Below, one piece after another: positions 1 to 9,758 of a DNA stretch of 64,000 bases. The stretch covers positions 384,440-448,439 of the forward strand of contig CAVQUB010000021.1 in the NCBI GenBank assembly GCA_963716725.1, read 5' to 3'. Source of the DNA: an uncultured delta proteobacterium (GTDB lineage: Bacteria > Myxococcota_A > Polyangia > Polyangiales > Polyangiaceae). How positions within the stretch are numbered: the first letter of the stretch is position 1; each line of letters begins with the position of its first letter. The position numbers and the translations under genes were made by a program. The notes under the pieces are model-generated. The model had not been told where the DNA came from. It made no database searches and saw only the letters and a program-made list of their open reading frames with translations.

Positions 1-60
1 TTCGGTCGCGCCGCAGGCGAGCATGAGCAGAGGGGTTCCGAAAAGCATGCGACGATTCAT
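1..60 (-). CDS. N-terminus of a probable lipoprotein (runs off window)
   Basis: Manual translation MNRRMLFGTPLLMLACGATE has a lipobox-like LAC; AGGAG RBS upstream (ctcct at 65-69). Confidence 0.45.
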   Translation of the reverse strand, partial: MNRRMLFGTPLLMLACGATE

Positions 61-184
61 GAGGCTCCTTTCGATGGCTGCCTGGCGAACGTGAAGTCGT
101 ACTACGAGGCGCTCGGTAGCGTCCAGGGGGCGCGAGTCCCCGACCGGACGCGCTTCGCGATACCCAGCAGGGCGGGGCTTCGAC

Positions 185-2278
185 TCAACGCGGCGCCACG
201 GCGACCCACTGTACGATCTCGTCCACCAAGATGTGACCCCAGTTGGCCTCCACCAGATCCACCACCTCGAGCTGCGCCTCTTTGCCTTTGAGAGCGCTCA
301 CGTCCCACTCGCGCCGGCCGAAGGTCTCGCTGCGCGCGCCGGTCTCGGAAAACCGCCGCTCGCCGTCCACGATCAGGCTCACGCGCAACAGGTCGGGCTC
401 GTGGCCGCCGGCGACCATCAACAGGATGCGGTCGCCGATCAGCGTGAACGGTGGGCTCTTCAGCGTGCCAGTCGCGCGATCGCCGAGGGTCGGGTGGAAC
501 GACGACAGGAAGAAGCCCTCGGAGTAGCTGATGCTCATCTGCCCGGGAGCGGGCCAATCCGTGGGCCAAAGCTCAAAGGCGTTGCCGCTGGCGATCCAGC
601 CTGGGTAGCGCTGGTTGGTGAAACGAAATGAGCTCGCTTCGTCGATGCTGCCTCGGCCCCGGAGATCGTCCCGCACCCAGAGGCCGGGCATGCCGACGTC
701 CATCGGGATCGACGTGTCGAAGTAGTAGCCGTTCGCCCAGAACACGCCGGGCAAGTAGCCCCACTTGATGTACTTGGGGCGCCGGCTCAAGACGTACTCG
801 ACGTCGGCCATCTTCTCGTGGCCGGCCTTGCCGCGCCCGAGGCTCGGGTTGTCGCGGTGCGCGACGTAGGCGTCGATCACGCCAAAGTAATCGATCACGC
901 GCAGGTTCGCGTAGAGCCCAGCCACGCCGATATCGCCCACGCAGATGTATTCGTCGGGTGAGCTGTGCTTGGACAGCCAGCTCATGTAGCGCCGTTGCTC
1001 GTCCACCTTGTGGCGCCAACCGCGGATCTCCTGGACGATGGGACCTCGCCGAAGGCCCAAGCTCAAGAGCTCGCTCAGACCGCCGCCAGCATAGAGCACG
1101 AGCAGCGTCCCGATGGCCCAGGTCCCGGAGGCTCGCTCGAGCACGCTTCGCACGCGCGGACGGCGCGCGAAGTCGCCGATCGCGAACACCACCTGCCCGA
1201 CGAGCAACCCCAGCGCCGGGATCAGCTGCACCAGGAATCGATGCCCCGAGTAGAAGTCGCCACCGGCCTTGACCACGTAGGCCAGGTGGGCAACCGACCA
1301 GAGCGCCAGGACGCGGAGCGTCGGGTTGCGGAGGAAGGGCAGGGCGAGCAGCGCGACGAAGGGCAGCCCGGCGCGTTCGTCGAAGAAGGCGGTCACGTAC
1401 TCGACGCCGCGCTTGGTCCCGTCGAAGCTCGAGCTGCCGACCTTCAGGTAGTAGGTGTTGGGGAAGGGCCAGCCGTAGTATCGCCACTTCCACGCGAAAT
1501 AGAAGCCGAAGATCAGCGCCGCCACGGCGCCCACCACGGTGAGCGCCACCAGTCGATGTCGAACGAGCGCGCGGTCTCTTCGCAGCAGCGGCGCCATGGC
1601 GTGCAGCCCCTCGCTCAGCGCGAACGCGGCGACGAACAACGCCCCGTCGGGGCGGGCCATCGGGACGGCGGCCAGGCACACGCCTGTCACGATCGCTCGA
1701 TGGCGCAGGGTCGACGTCCAGGCCGCCAACGTCGCCAGGACCCAGAGCGCGACGTAGTGGCTCTCCAGCGCCATCATCGCCCAGACCGTGTAGGAGTTGT
1801 CGAGCACGCACCATCCGATGGCGACGGCGATGGGCAAGACGCGGTCACCCCAGAGACGCCGGCCGATCACGGCGACGAGTGCGAGGTCGATAGCAGACAC
1901 CAACACGCTGGTGCCGACGCACCAGCTGACGAACTCCCCGCGGAACAGGCGCGAGAGCCAGTAGACGGGCGCGAGGGTCACGGTCCAGAGGAAGTTCGTG
2001 TAGCCCTCGACGCGTTCGCCCGGGTTGAAGACCAGCCCGTCGCCGAGCGCGAGCCGGCGCGCGTAGACCATGGAGATCAGGGCGTCGTCGACGACGTTGC
2101 GGTGGTACTCGACGAACCAGCGCCACGAGAGCGCCGAGGTCGCGATCATTCCGACCAGTACGACCGCAAGCACGGCAGCCCGCCGGGCTCGGGCCCAACG
2201 CTCGGCGGACAGCTCGGCCCTGACCTTCATCCTCGCCGGCAGGATACGTCGGTTGACAGGCGACTCCACACGAGGCAC
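185..2278 (-). CDS. Polytopic membrane glycosyltransferase (GT-C / arabinofuranosyltransferase-like) with C-terminal soluble domain
   Basis: 697-aa ORF with DDALIS..YA, GERVEGYTNFLW, RPDG and PNTYYLK motifs and many TM segments; start uncertain. Confidence 0.7.
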   Translation of the reverse strand: MPRVESPVNRRILPARMKVRAELSAERWARARRAAVLAVVLVGMIATSALSWRWFVEYHRNVVDDALISMVYARRLALGDGLVFNPGERVEGYTNFLWTVTLAPVYWLSRLFRGEFVSWCVGTSVLVSAIDLALVAVIGRRLWGDRVLPIAVAIGWCVLDNSYTVWAMMALESHYVALWVLATLAAWTSTLRHRAIVTGVCLAAVPMARPDGALFVAAFALSEGLHAMAPLLRRDRALVRHRLVALTVVGAVAALIFGFYFAWKWRYYGWPFPNTYYLKVGSSSFDGTKRGVEYVTAFFDERAGLPFVALLALPFLRNPTLRVLALWSVAHLAYVVKAGGDFYSGHRFLVQLIPALGLLVGQVVFAIGDFARRPRVRSVLERASGTWAIGTLLVLYAGGGLSELLSLGLRRGPIVQEIRGWRHKVDEQRRYMSWLSKHSSPDEYICVGDIGVAGLYANLRVIDYFGVIDAYVAHRDNPSLGRGKAGHEKMADVEYVLSRRPKYIKWGYLPGVFWANGYYFDTSIPMDVGMPGLWVRDDLRGRGSIDEASSFRFTNQRYPGWIASGNAFELWPTDWPAPGQMSISYSEGFFLSSFHPTLGDRATGTLKSPPFTLIGDRILLMVAGGHEPDLLRVSLIVDGERRFSETGARSETFGRREWDVSALKGKEAQLEVVDLVEANWGHILVDEIVQWVAVAPR

Positions 2279-2312
2279 AGTGGCTCAGCCACTCACTCAC
2301 CGGACCTTGTCG

Positions 2313-3050
2313 ATGCCCGCAGAAACCTCGGAAAACAACGTCGAGCCGCTGGAACGGCAGAGCTTGGTGGACCGGCTCACGGCTCGGCTCGGCGAGGCCA
2401 TCCTCGCGGGGCGCTACGACCGCGGAGCCACCCTGCCCCCCGAGCGGGACCTGGCGAAGTCGCTGCAGGTCAACCGGACCTCGCTCAAGCACGCGCTGCA
2501 ACGGTTGGAGTTGCTCGGCTTCATCACGACCCGGCACGGCATCGGCTCCGAGGTGCTCGATCCCACCGAGACCGCCGGCGCGCGCCTGCTCTCGTATCTC
2601 GTGTTCCGCGCCTCGGGCATCGACACCGCGGTGCTCTCCGATCTGATCGAAGCGCGGACCTTGCTCGGCGGGTTTCTCACTCGGCTCGCGGCAGAGCGGC
2701 GCACCGACGCCGATCTGAAGCAGCTCGAGCAGCTCCTCACGGAGCTCGACCGCGTGGGTGACGACCCGGACGAAGTGCAGCGGCTCGAGCTCGGGTTCTT
2801 CCGCAACATCATGCGTGCAACGAAGAACCAGATCTTCGTGACCCTCGCCAGCTCGATGTTCGCGGTGTACCTCGGACGCGCGCACGTCTTCCGCGACGCG
2901 TTTGCGGATCGAGCCGCGATCCGCCGAGCCCTTGCCGGCGTGCTCGACCGAGTTCGGGCGCGCGACGCCGACGCGGCCGAGAAGGCCACGCATGACTACT
3001 TGAAGAAGAACGGCAAGGCGCTGCTCGACGCAGCCAATCGATCGCTCTGA
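2313..3050 (+). CDS. GntR/FadR family transcriptional regulator
   Basis: LPPERDLAKSLQVNRTSLKHALQRLELLG wHTH followed by an FCD-like domain; ATG at 2313 preferred over the ORF start. Confidence 0.85.
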   Translation: MPAETSENNVEPLERQSLVDRLTARLGEAILAGRYDRGATLPPERDLAKSLQVNRTSLKHALQRLELLGFITTRHGIGSEVLDPTETAGARLLSYLVFRASGIDTAVLSDLIEARTLLGGFLTRLAAERRTDADLKQLEQLLTELDRVGDDPDEVQRLELGFFRNIMRATKNQIFVTLASSMFAVYLGRAHVFRDAFADRAAIRRALAGVLDRVRARDADAAEKATHDYLKKNGKALLDAANRSL

Positions 3051-3069
3051 TCTCTGAGAGAGGTGTGGG

Positions 3070-3537
3070 ATGAACATTCCGCTTTATGGATTCACCGAGA
3101 CGATGCGCGGCACCTGGACGCCGCTGGACGGCAGTGGCCGAAAGACCATGTGGTTTCGCGCCGAGGCCGACGCGAGCGACGCGGCGGGCACCCTGTCGCG
3201 CGGCGCGCTCACGCTGACGGGCAAGATGCACGCTGAGGGCCTCGCCGACGGGGCGCCCGCGACGGGACGCATGGAAATCCAGCCGCTCTCGCGGCGGATC
3301 GGCTACGAGCTCGAGTTCACCGCCGACGACGGCCGGCGCTGCCGCTTCGTGGGCGAGAAGTCGCCGAGCCTGCGCTCGCCGCTGAGGTCCATGACCACGC
3401 TCCCGGGCGAGGTGCTGGACCCGGAGGGCAAGCGGCTCGGGACGGCGCTGCTTTACTTCGATCTGAAGAATGATCTGATCCCCTTCCTCGGAACCTTTCG
3501 GCGAGGCCGCCGGGTGCCGATGGAGGTCGAGCCATGA
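3070..3537 (+). CDS. Hypothetical protein co-transcribed with the GMC oxidoreductase
   Basis: 155-aa ORF with ATGA overlap with the next gene. Confidence 0.65.
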   Translation: MNIPLYGFTETMRGTWTPLDGSGRKTMWFRAEADASDAAGTLSRGALTLTGKMHAEGLADGAPATGRMEIQPLSRRIGYELEFTADDGRRCRFVGEKSPSLRSPLRSMTTLPGEVLDPEGKRLGTALLYFDLKNDLIPFLGTFRRGRRVPMEVEP

Positions 3538-5172
3538 TGAGCCTGCCCGTAGTCGATAACGCGCCGCCGCCGCGACGCTCCCAGCCCTCGTCGCAGTCCC
3601 CCGCTGGCATCATCGCCCGCGACGCCTTCGGCTCGCGTCACGTCGAGACCGCCCGCGCCTTGATGGAGGCCGTGGTCCCCGGCGGACGCCTGCTGCCGCG
3701 AGCCGACGACGCGGCGGTGGATCGCCTGGCGCGACTGCTCGGCTCCTTCGACTCTCGCGCGCTGGGTCACTATCAGAGGCTTCTCGGCGTGCTCGACGCC
3801 ATCGCCTTCACGCGCCACGCGCGGCGCTTCGCCGCTCTCGATCTCGAGCGGCGCTCGGCGCTGATCTGGTCGCTGCACTCCGGCGACGATCCGGTGCGGC
3901 GCGCGTTGTTTCTGGCCTTCACCTACCCGGTGAAGATCGCCTACTTCGACGCCCCAGGCATCCACCAGACCCTGGGCTGCGTGTGGGAGAAGCCCGTGGC
4001 CGCCGAGAAGCCCGCGGCTTGGCTGCGCCAGATCACCGCCGCGCGCGATCTTCCCGCGGGAGAGGTCCTCGAGTGCGACGTGATCGTGGTCGGCACCGGC
4101 GCCGGCGGCGCCGTCGTCGCCAACGAGCTCGCCGAGCAGGGCATCGCGGTCTTGATGGTCGAAGAGGGCGAGCTGCACCAGCGGCAGGACTTCACCCGGC
4201 GGTCCATTCCCGCCACGCAGCAGCTCTACCGCAACGCGGGGCTCACGGGCGTGATCGGCAACTCGGTGATCCCGATCCCGCTCGGACGCGCGGTGGGTGG
4301 CTCGACGGTGATCAACTCGGGCACCTGCTTCCGAGTGCCCGAGTGGATCCTGGAGAACTGGCGCCACGATCTGGGCCTGCTCGAGCTGACCGAGGATCAC
4401 TTGGCCCCCTTCTACGAGAAGGTCGAGCGCACGCTGGAGATCGCTCCTTCGACCAAGGAGGCCCGCGGACCGGTGAGCGACGTGATCGCGCAGGGCGCCG
4501 AGGCGCTGGGTTGGAGTCACTTTCCGGTGCGCCGCAACGCGCCGGGCTGCGACGGTCAGGGCGTGTGTCAGTGGGGCTGCCCGACGGACGCCAAGAAGAG
4601 CATGAACGTCTCCTATGTGCCGATGGCGCTCTCGAAGGGGGCGCAGCTCATCACCGGTCTCGCCGTCACCGAGGTCATGGTCGAGGGCGGACGCGCGGTG
4701 GGCGTGCGCGGGCGAGCGGCGCCCGACGGCCGGCGGGTCGAGGTGCGCGCGCGCGCGGTGATCTTGGCCTGCGGCGCGCTCCTGACCCCGGCGTTGCTGT
4801 TGAAGAACGGCATCGCGAACCACAGCGGGCAGGTTGGGAGGAACCTCTCGGTGCACCCGGCCACCAGCGTGAGCGCGGTCTTCGATCGACCAATCCGCGG
4901 CTACAACCACGTACCGCAGGGCCACGGCGTCGATCAGTTTCATCGCGAGGGCATGCTGATGCTCGGCGCCAGCGCGCCCCTCGACATGGGATCGACGTTG
5001 TTCCCCTTCGTGGGCCAGCGCTTCGTCGAGGCGATGGAGAGCTACGACAAGGTCGCTTCGTTCGGCGTGATGGTCGAGGACGGCCCCAACGGTCGCATCG
5101 TGCTCGGCCCGGGCCGGCGCCCGATCACGCTCTACCACCTCGGGACCCGCGAGCGGCGGCTGCTCGCCAGAG
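3534..5172 (+). pseudogene. GMC family oxidoreductase, C-terminally truncated at the junction
   Basis: [14 protein letters not shown] motif, [22 protein letters not shown]; no C-terminal catalytic His region; sequence switches to guaA near 5175. Confidence 0.8.
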
Positions 5173-5184
5173 GCAGCGCCGCCA

Positions 5185-6254
5185 GACGCGGGCCTTTTAC
5201 GGCCTGCAGTTTCATCCGGAGGTGACCCACACGCGCCAGGGCGGGCGCATCCTCGAGCGTTTCCTGTTCGAGATCTGCGGCTGCGAGGCCTGTGGAATCC
5301 GCGCAGCATCATCGATGACGGCATCCAGCAGCATGCGCGAGCAGATCGGCGACGGCCGCGTGGTTCTCGGCCTGTCCGGCGGCGTCGATTCGTCGGTGGT
5401 GGCGGCGATGCTGCACCGGGCAGTCGGCGACCGACTGGTCTGCGTGTTCGTCGACAACGGCCTGCTGCGCCTGCACGAGGGCGACCAGGTGATGGCGACC
5501 TTCGCCGAGCACATGGGCGTTAATGTCATCCGGGTGAATGCCGAGGACCGCTTCCTCAAGGGCCTCAAGGGCGTGGCCGATCCGGAGCAGAAGCGCAAGA
5601 TCATCGGCAACCTGTTCATCGATATCTTCGAGGAGGAGGCGGCCAAGCTCGAGGACGTGGCACTTCCTGGCACAGGGCACCATCTACCCGGACGTGATCG
5701 AGTCGGCCGGCGCCGCATCGGGCAAGGCGCACGTGATCAAGTCGCATCACAATGTCGGCGGTCTGCCGGACTACATGAAACTCCAGCTGGTCGAGCCGCT
5801 GCGCGAGCTGTTCAAGGACGAGGTGCGGCGGATCGGCGTCGAGCTGGGCCTGCCCTCCGAGATGATCTACCGCCATCCGTTCCCGGGCCCTGGGCTGGGC
5901 GTGCGCATCCTCGGCGAGGTGCAACAAGGAGTACGCCGACATGCTGCGCCGGGCGGATGCGATCTTCATCGAGGAACTGCGCAAGGCCGATCTGTACGAC
6001 GAGGTCAGCCAGGCCTTCGCGGTGTTTCTGCCGGTCAAGTCGGTCGGCGTGGTCGGTGACGCACGGCGCTACGAGTACGTGATCACGCTGCGCGCGGTGA
6101 AGACCGTCGATTTCATGACCGCGCAGCTTCGCCCATCTGCCGTTCGAGTTTCTCGAGCAGGTTTCGCAGCCGCATCATCAACGAGGTGAACGGCGTCTCG
6201 CGCGTGGCCTACGATATCTCGAGCAAGCCGCCGGCCACGATCGAGTGGGAGTGA
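5185..6254 (+). CDS. guaA: GMP synthase (glutamine-hydrolysing), 3' part; 5' part missing and several frameshifts
   Basis: [57 protein letters not shown] and C-terminal [17 protein letters not shown] (6252-6254), spread over several frames. Confidence 0.95.
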
Positions 6255-6406
6255 CCGGAATTTTTAACACATTGATTTAAAACGATAAAATAAATCCAAT
6301 TGATAATATAATCTGCATCGTCAATGGTATTTTTCATGGTATTTCCGAGTGCTGTAAGGCAGAAAGCAGCAATACCATGAGTGGCAGATTGGCGTAATCA
6401 TGGTAT
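6237..6406 (+). repeat. Junction J1 (attL-like): guaA 3' core plus right arm
   Basis: Core ATCGAGTGGGAGTGA 6240-6254; IHF-consensus TAACACATTGATT 6265-6277; AATGGTAT/CATGGTAT doublet 6323-6342; inverted ATACCATG 6372-6379; CATGGTAT 6399-6406. Confidence 0.9.
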
Positions 6407-6444
6407 CAGCGGTCGGCACTCAGATATCGCGTTCTGAACGAGCA

Positions 6445-6517
6445 TGGCGTGATTTAGGGCTTTAAGCACGCCAAATATGACTATAATGTGGCGTGAATAA
6501 GTGCTAGAATCGCGCCA
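6445..6517 (+). promoter_or_regulatory. Two 29-bp TGGCG-N19-CGCCA palindromes flanking a TATAAT -10 box (putative fic operator/promoter)
   Basis: 6445-6473 and 6489-6517; TATAAT at 6482-6487; same arrangement at 31148-31220. Confidence 0.65.
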
Positions 6518-7663
6518 TGAAGTGGATATGGCAACAGCCCGACTGGCCAGATTTTCGCTATGACAATCGCGCGCTCAATGATCGGGAACTTGAATTTCGC
6601 CTGAACTCAGAGCGCCTGGCGGGCAGCTTTGATGCGCTACCGATGGCGTCCCAAGAGGATGCCACGATTGACTTGATGCTTTCCGAGGCCATCAAAACCA
6701 GCGCCATTGAGGGCGAGGATCTGGACAGAGAGTCGGTCAGGTCATCGCTGCTCTCTTTAATTACATCGGATACGCTACCGGACAACTCAGACCAGAAAGC
6801 TGCTGGGGCTGCATCGCTGCTGGTGGACGTTCGCAAGAACTGGCAAACATCCCTGACGCATGACCTGCTGGGCAAGTGGCAGTCCATGGCTGTCCCGGAG
6901 CAGCGCTACACGTCTATTCTGCGTGGCGCATACCGCAACGATCCTTCACCGATGCAAATAGTGAGCGGGCCTTACGGGCGGGAAAAGGTTCACTATGAGG
7001 CCCCGCCAGCGACTCAGGTGCCTGATGAAATGGCGAAGGCTTATCGACTGGTACAACCAAACCAGTCCTTTGAGCGGGGATAAGACAATACACGGGATCG
7101 CAAGAGCAGGTATTGCTCATCTCTGGTTCGAGGTGATTCACCCCTTCGATGATGGTAATGGTCGAGTCGGCAGGGCGATCGCTGACCATGCGCTTTCGCA
7201 GTCTCTCGGCTATCCAACCACGGCTTGTCTTGCCACGGCGATAGAGGGGGATAAAAAAACCTATTACCTGCAACTGGAGAAAGCGAGTCGTGGAAGCCTG
7301 GATGTTAACGTTTGGCTGGATTATTTCGCAGACACAATAATCAAGGCACAGGAAATTGCCAGGGAAGAAGTGGACTTTGTACTGGCCAAGACACGTTTCT
7401 ACGAAGCCTATGGCGACCAGCTGAATGACCGGCAGGCCAGGATGGTATCGCGGGTATTCGCTGAAGGTCGAAAGGGCTTTGAAGGCGGAATAACGACTAA
7501 AAAATATGAAGCGATTACCAAGTGTCCCAATCGAACGGCCAGCCGTGATCTTTCTGACCTGGTTGCCAAGGGTATCATCATCCCGTTACCAGGTGGTGGC
7601 AGAACAACCCGATATGAGTTGACGATTGTTGAACCGGCTCAGTCTGGTCTGATGAGGAAATGA
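6517..7663 (+). CDS. Fic family protein (DUF4172-Fic-wHTH), single frameshift near 7038
   Basis: HPFDDGNGRVGR motif; paralogue of 31220-32365 with one extra G (aaggctt vs aagctt). Confidence 0.9.
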
Positions 7664-7735
7664 TTTTCTTCGCTCTGGAGCGAGCGATTTTATCTGCACA
7701 AGCCTGAACGATTTAATGAATTTCCATTTTGTCCT

Positions 7736-9112
7736 ATGAACGTCGATACACTCAAAGAAAAACTGGCTGATATCGATGCAGATACCTTGCGGAATTTTAT
7801 ATTCGACCTCTACCTCCGCTATCCGGAGTTGAGCGACAAGATCGAAGCATTGACATTGGCAAATGATCCGGTCGCCCTGTCCAGGGTGCTGCGCAAGCGT
7901 ATTGCATCGCTGAAACGAGGGCGGAGGTTTATCGATTATCGGGCGAGTTTTGATTTTGCACGCGAACTGGAAGCGACCCTCGCCGACATTGAAAGCGGAC
8001 TGCTGGAGCGCTCACCGGAACATGCGTTTGATTTGGTCGACCGGTTCCTGGCGACGGCAGAATCGGTGCTCAACCGTGTCGATGATTCTGGCGGGGCAGT
8101 GGGCGAGGTATATCGCCAAGCCGTACTGTTGTGGTTGACGGCGGCTAAAGGCTGGCGGGATGCCAACGTCGACTGGCTCGAGCGGATATATCAGCTGTAT
8201 CAGCAGAATGATTATGGTGTGCTTGATCCGCTATTGCCAAATGCCAACCTGCTGTTGACGCCGGATCAGCTGAAGCAACTTGCCTGGCGGTACGAAAACG
8301 CGTTGCGCAAGGCGTTAAAATCTCCCGAACAAGAAGACAAACTCAATCTCGTGGCCTTGCGTAGCGGCGTGGCATTAGGACAGATAGCCGATGCCTTGCG
8401 TGATCCTGCCTTATACGAGCGATCGGTATTGATACATTCGCCACAGCCAAACAATCTGCAAATGAAATCGATTTGTGAAAAATATTTGCAGTATGAGCAG
8501 CCCGAGACGGCAATGCGTTATCTGAACCAGGCATGGGAGGACCGTTTTGAGCGTGATCGTCTGGAATTGCTGGATAAGGTCTGTGTGAAAACGGGTGACC
8601 GGAAACAGCTTAAAGTGATTCGTTCTCGGCTGTTTCAGAGCGAGCAGAGCTACCCCAGTTTCACGCGATATCTGGAGGCCTTGGACGAGGATGAGAAAGA
8701 GAAAGCGTGTAGCTCAGCAATCAAGCAAGCCGAACAGAGTGGCAATATCGTACTCAGCGCAGATCTGTTATTAAACCTGAGCCAGACGGAGAGAGCTCAG
8801 GCCTTAGTCTTAGCTCGGCATCAGGAGTTGGCGGAGTGTTTTTATGACAGTCTGCTGAGGCTGGCCAAGGCGTTTGAAAAAGCGGATTGCAATCTGGCGG
8901 CTACGGCGTGCTACCGCGCCTTGTTGCTGGATATCCTGGCACAGGCGCGCAGTAAGGCTTACGGCCATGGTGCACGGTACTATAAAAAGCTGGAAGCGCT
9001 GGCGAAGCGGATCAAGGAATTCAAACCACTGCCAACACATCACGCCTTCGTGCAGCAATTGCACTCGGCGCATGGGCGAAAGAAAAGTTTTTGGGCGCGA
9101 CTGGAATCATGA
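7736..9112 (+). CDS. Helical hypothetical protein (DUF6880-like)
   Basis: 458-aa ORF; RVDDSGG.VGEV, ARSKAYGHGARY and HGRKKSFW motifs. Confidence 0.65.
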   Translation: MNVDTLKEKLADIDADTLRNFIFDLYLRYPELSDKIEALTLANDPVALSRVLRKRIASLKRGRRFIDYRASFDFARELEATLADIESGLLERSPEHAFDLVDRFLATAESVLNRVDDSGGAVGEVYRQAVLLWLTAAKGWRDANVDWLERIYQLYQQNDYGVLDPLLPNANLLLTPDQLKQLAWRYENALRKALKSPEQEDKLNLVALRSGVALGQIADALRDPALYERSVLIHSPQPNNLQMKSICEKYLQYEQPETAMRYLNQAWEDRFERDRLELLDKVCVKTGDRKQLKVIRSRLFQSEQSYPSFTRYLEALDEDEKEKACSSAIKQAEQSGNIVLSADLLLNLSQTERAQALVLARHQELAECFYDSLLRLAKAFEKADCNLAATACYRALLLDILAQARSKAYGHGARYYKKLEALAKRIKEFKPLPTHHAFVQQLHSAHGRKKSFWARLES

Positions 9113-9185
9113 TGTGCCGAAGCCTGCAGCACGGCATGGGGTGGCTTCTCGACATTTCCGGTGAGTATCAGCAGCAATTTCTGAA

Positions 9186-9278
9186 CATGGTATTTTTCAT
9201 GGTATTACCGATTAGCAGGAAAATAAGCCATTGAATATAAAAGATAAAAATGGCTCGTTTACAATCGAGTGGGAGTGA
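9186..9278 (+). repeat. Junction J2: left arm plus core, no standard right arm
   Basis: CATGGTATTTTTCATGGTAT at 9186; core 9264-9278. Confidence 0.9.
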
Positions 9279-9758
9279 CTGGCACTCGCAGGCAACTACA
9301 GGAACCAAAAGCACAAAAACTTGCGTAATTCATCAGTCGGCTGGAACTATCTCTGGAATATCGGCGAGCGGAACAGAGGGTGACAGCCCCATCTTCCAAA
9401 TCCTGACGTGGACGTCGGCGAAGCGTTTTGACGTCTGTAAGTGCGGATTTCTTGCTCATGAGTCCCCTTGTTGAATCGGGCCGTCGTGATCGACGCTCAC
9501 GACGATCTTGTGCAGCGGCACGCTGGTCTCCCCGGCGCTCCGTGAAAAGAGTCCGCGTAACATTGGAGCTCCAGTCTGTACGCCAGCGCACCGTAGCGAC
9601 TTCGCCCCGCGGTCGTTGCGAGAGCAGTGTGCAAGATTGTCGCGCTCGAGGCCGAAGAATTCGACGTTCTGACGGGCATCGGTGAGCAAGCGACGATGAA
9701 AACTAAGCTGAATTTCGATCTGCAAGCACACCGGTATTGTCAGGCTGGCTGAATACAC

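Noticed and set aside
965..2761. Long antisense or alternate-frame ORFs (also 3453-5324, 28720-29955, 62351-63688)
   Set aside because: Shadows of well-supported genes in high-GC DNA, with no motifs of their own.
3983..6082. 699-aa ORF as a real GuaA fusion protein
   Set aside because: The N-terminal part is an off-frame read of the GMC gene; only the part after about 5185 is GuaA.
5185..7100. guaA and fic-1 as true pseudogenes, or programmed frameshifting
   Set aside because: Scattered single-base indels (also near 15885, 17050, 43400, 50130) fit consensus error better; cannot be settled without reads.
9250..9474. Recurrent small ORFs over junctions (MARLQSSGS at 9250 and 44737; NTMKNTIDDA at 14633 and 32440)
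   Set aside because: By-products of the repeated DNA; the frames are broken in other copies.
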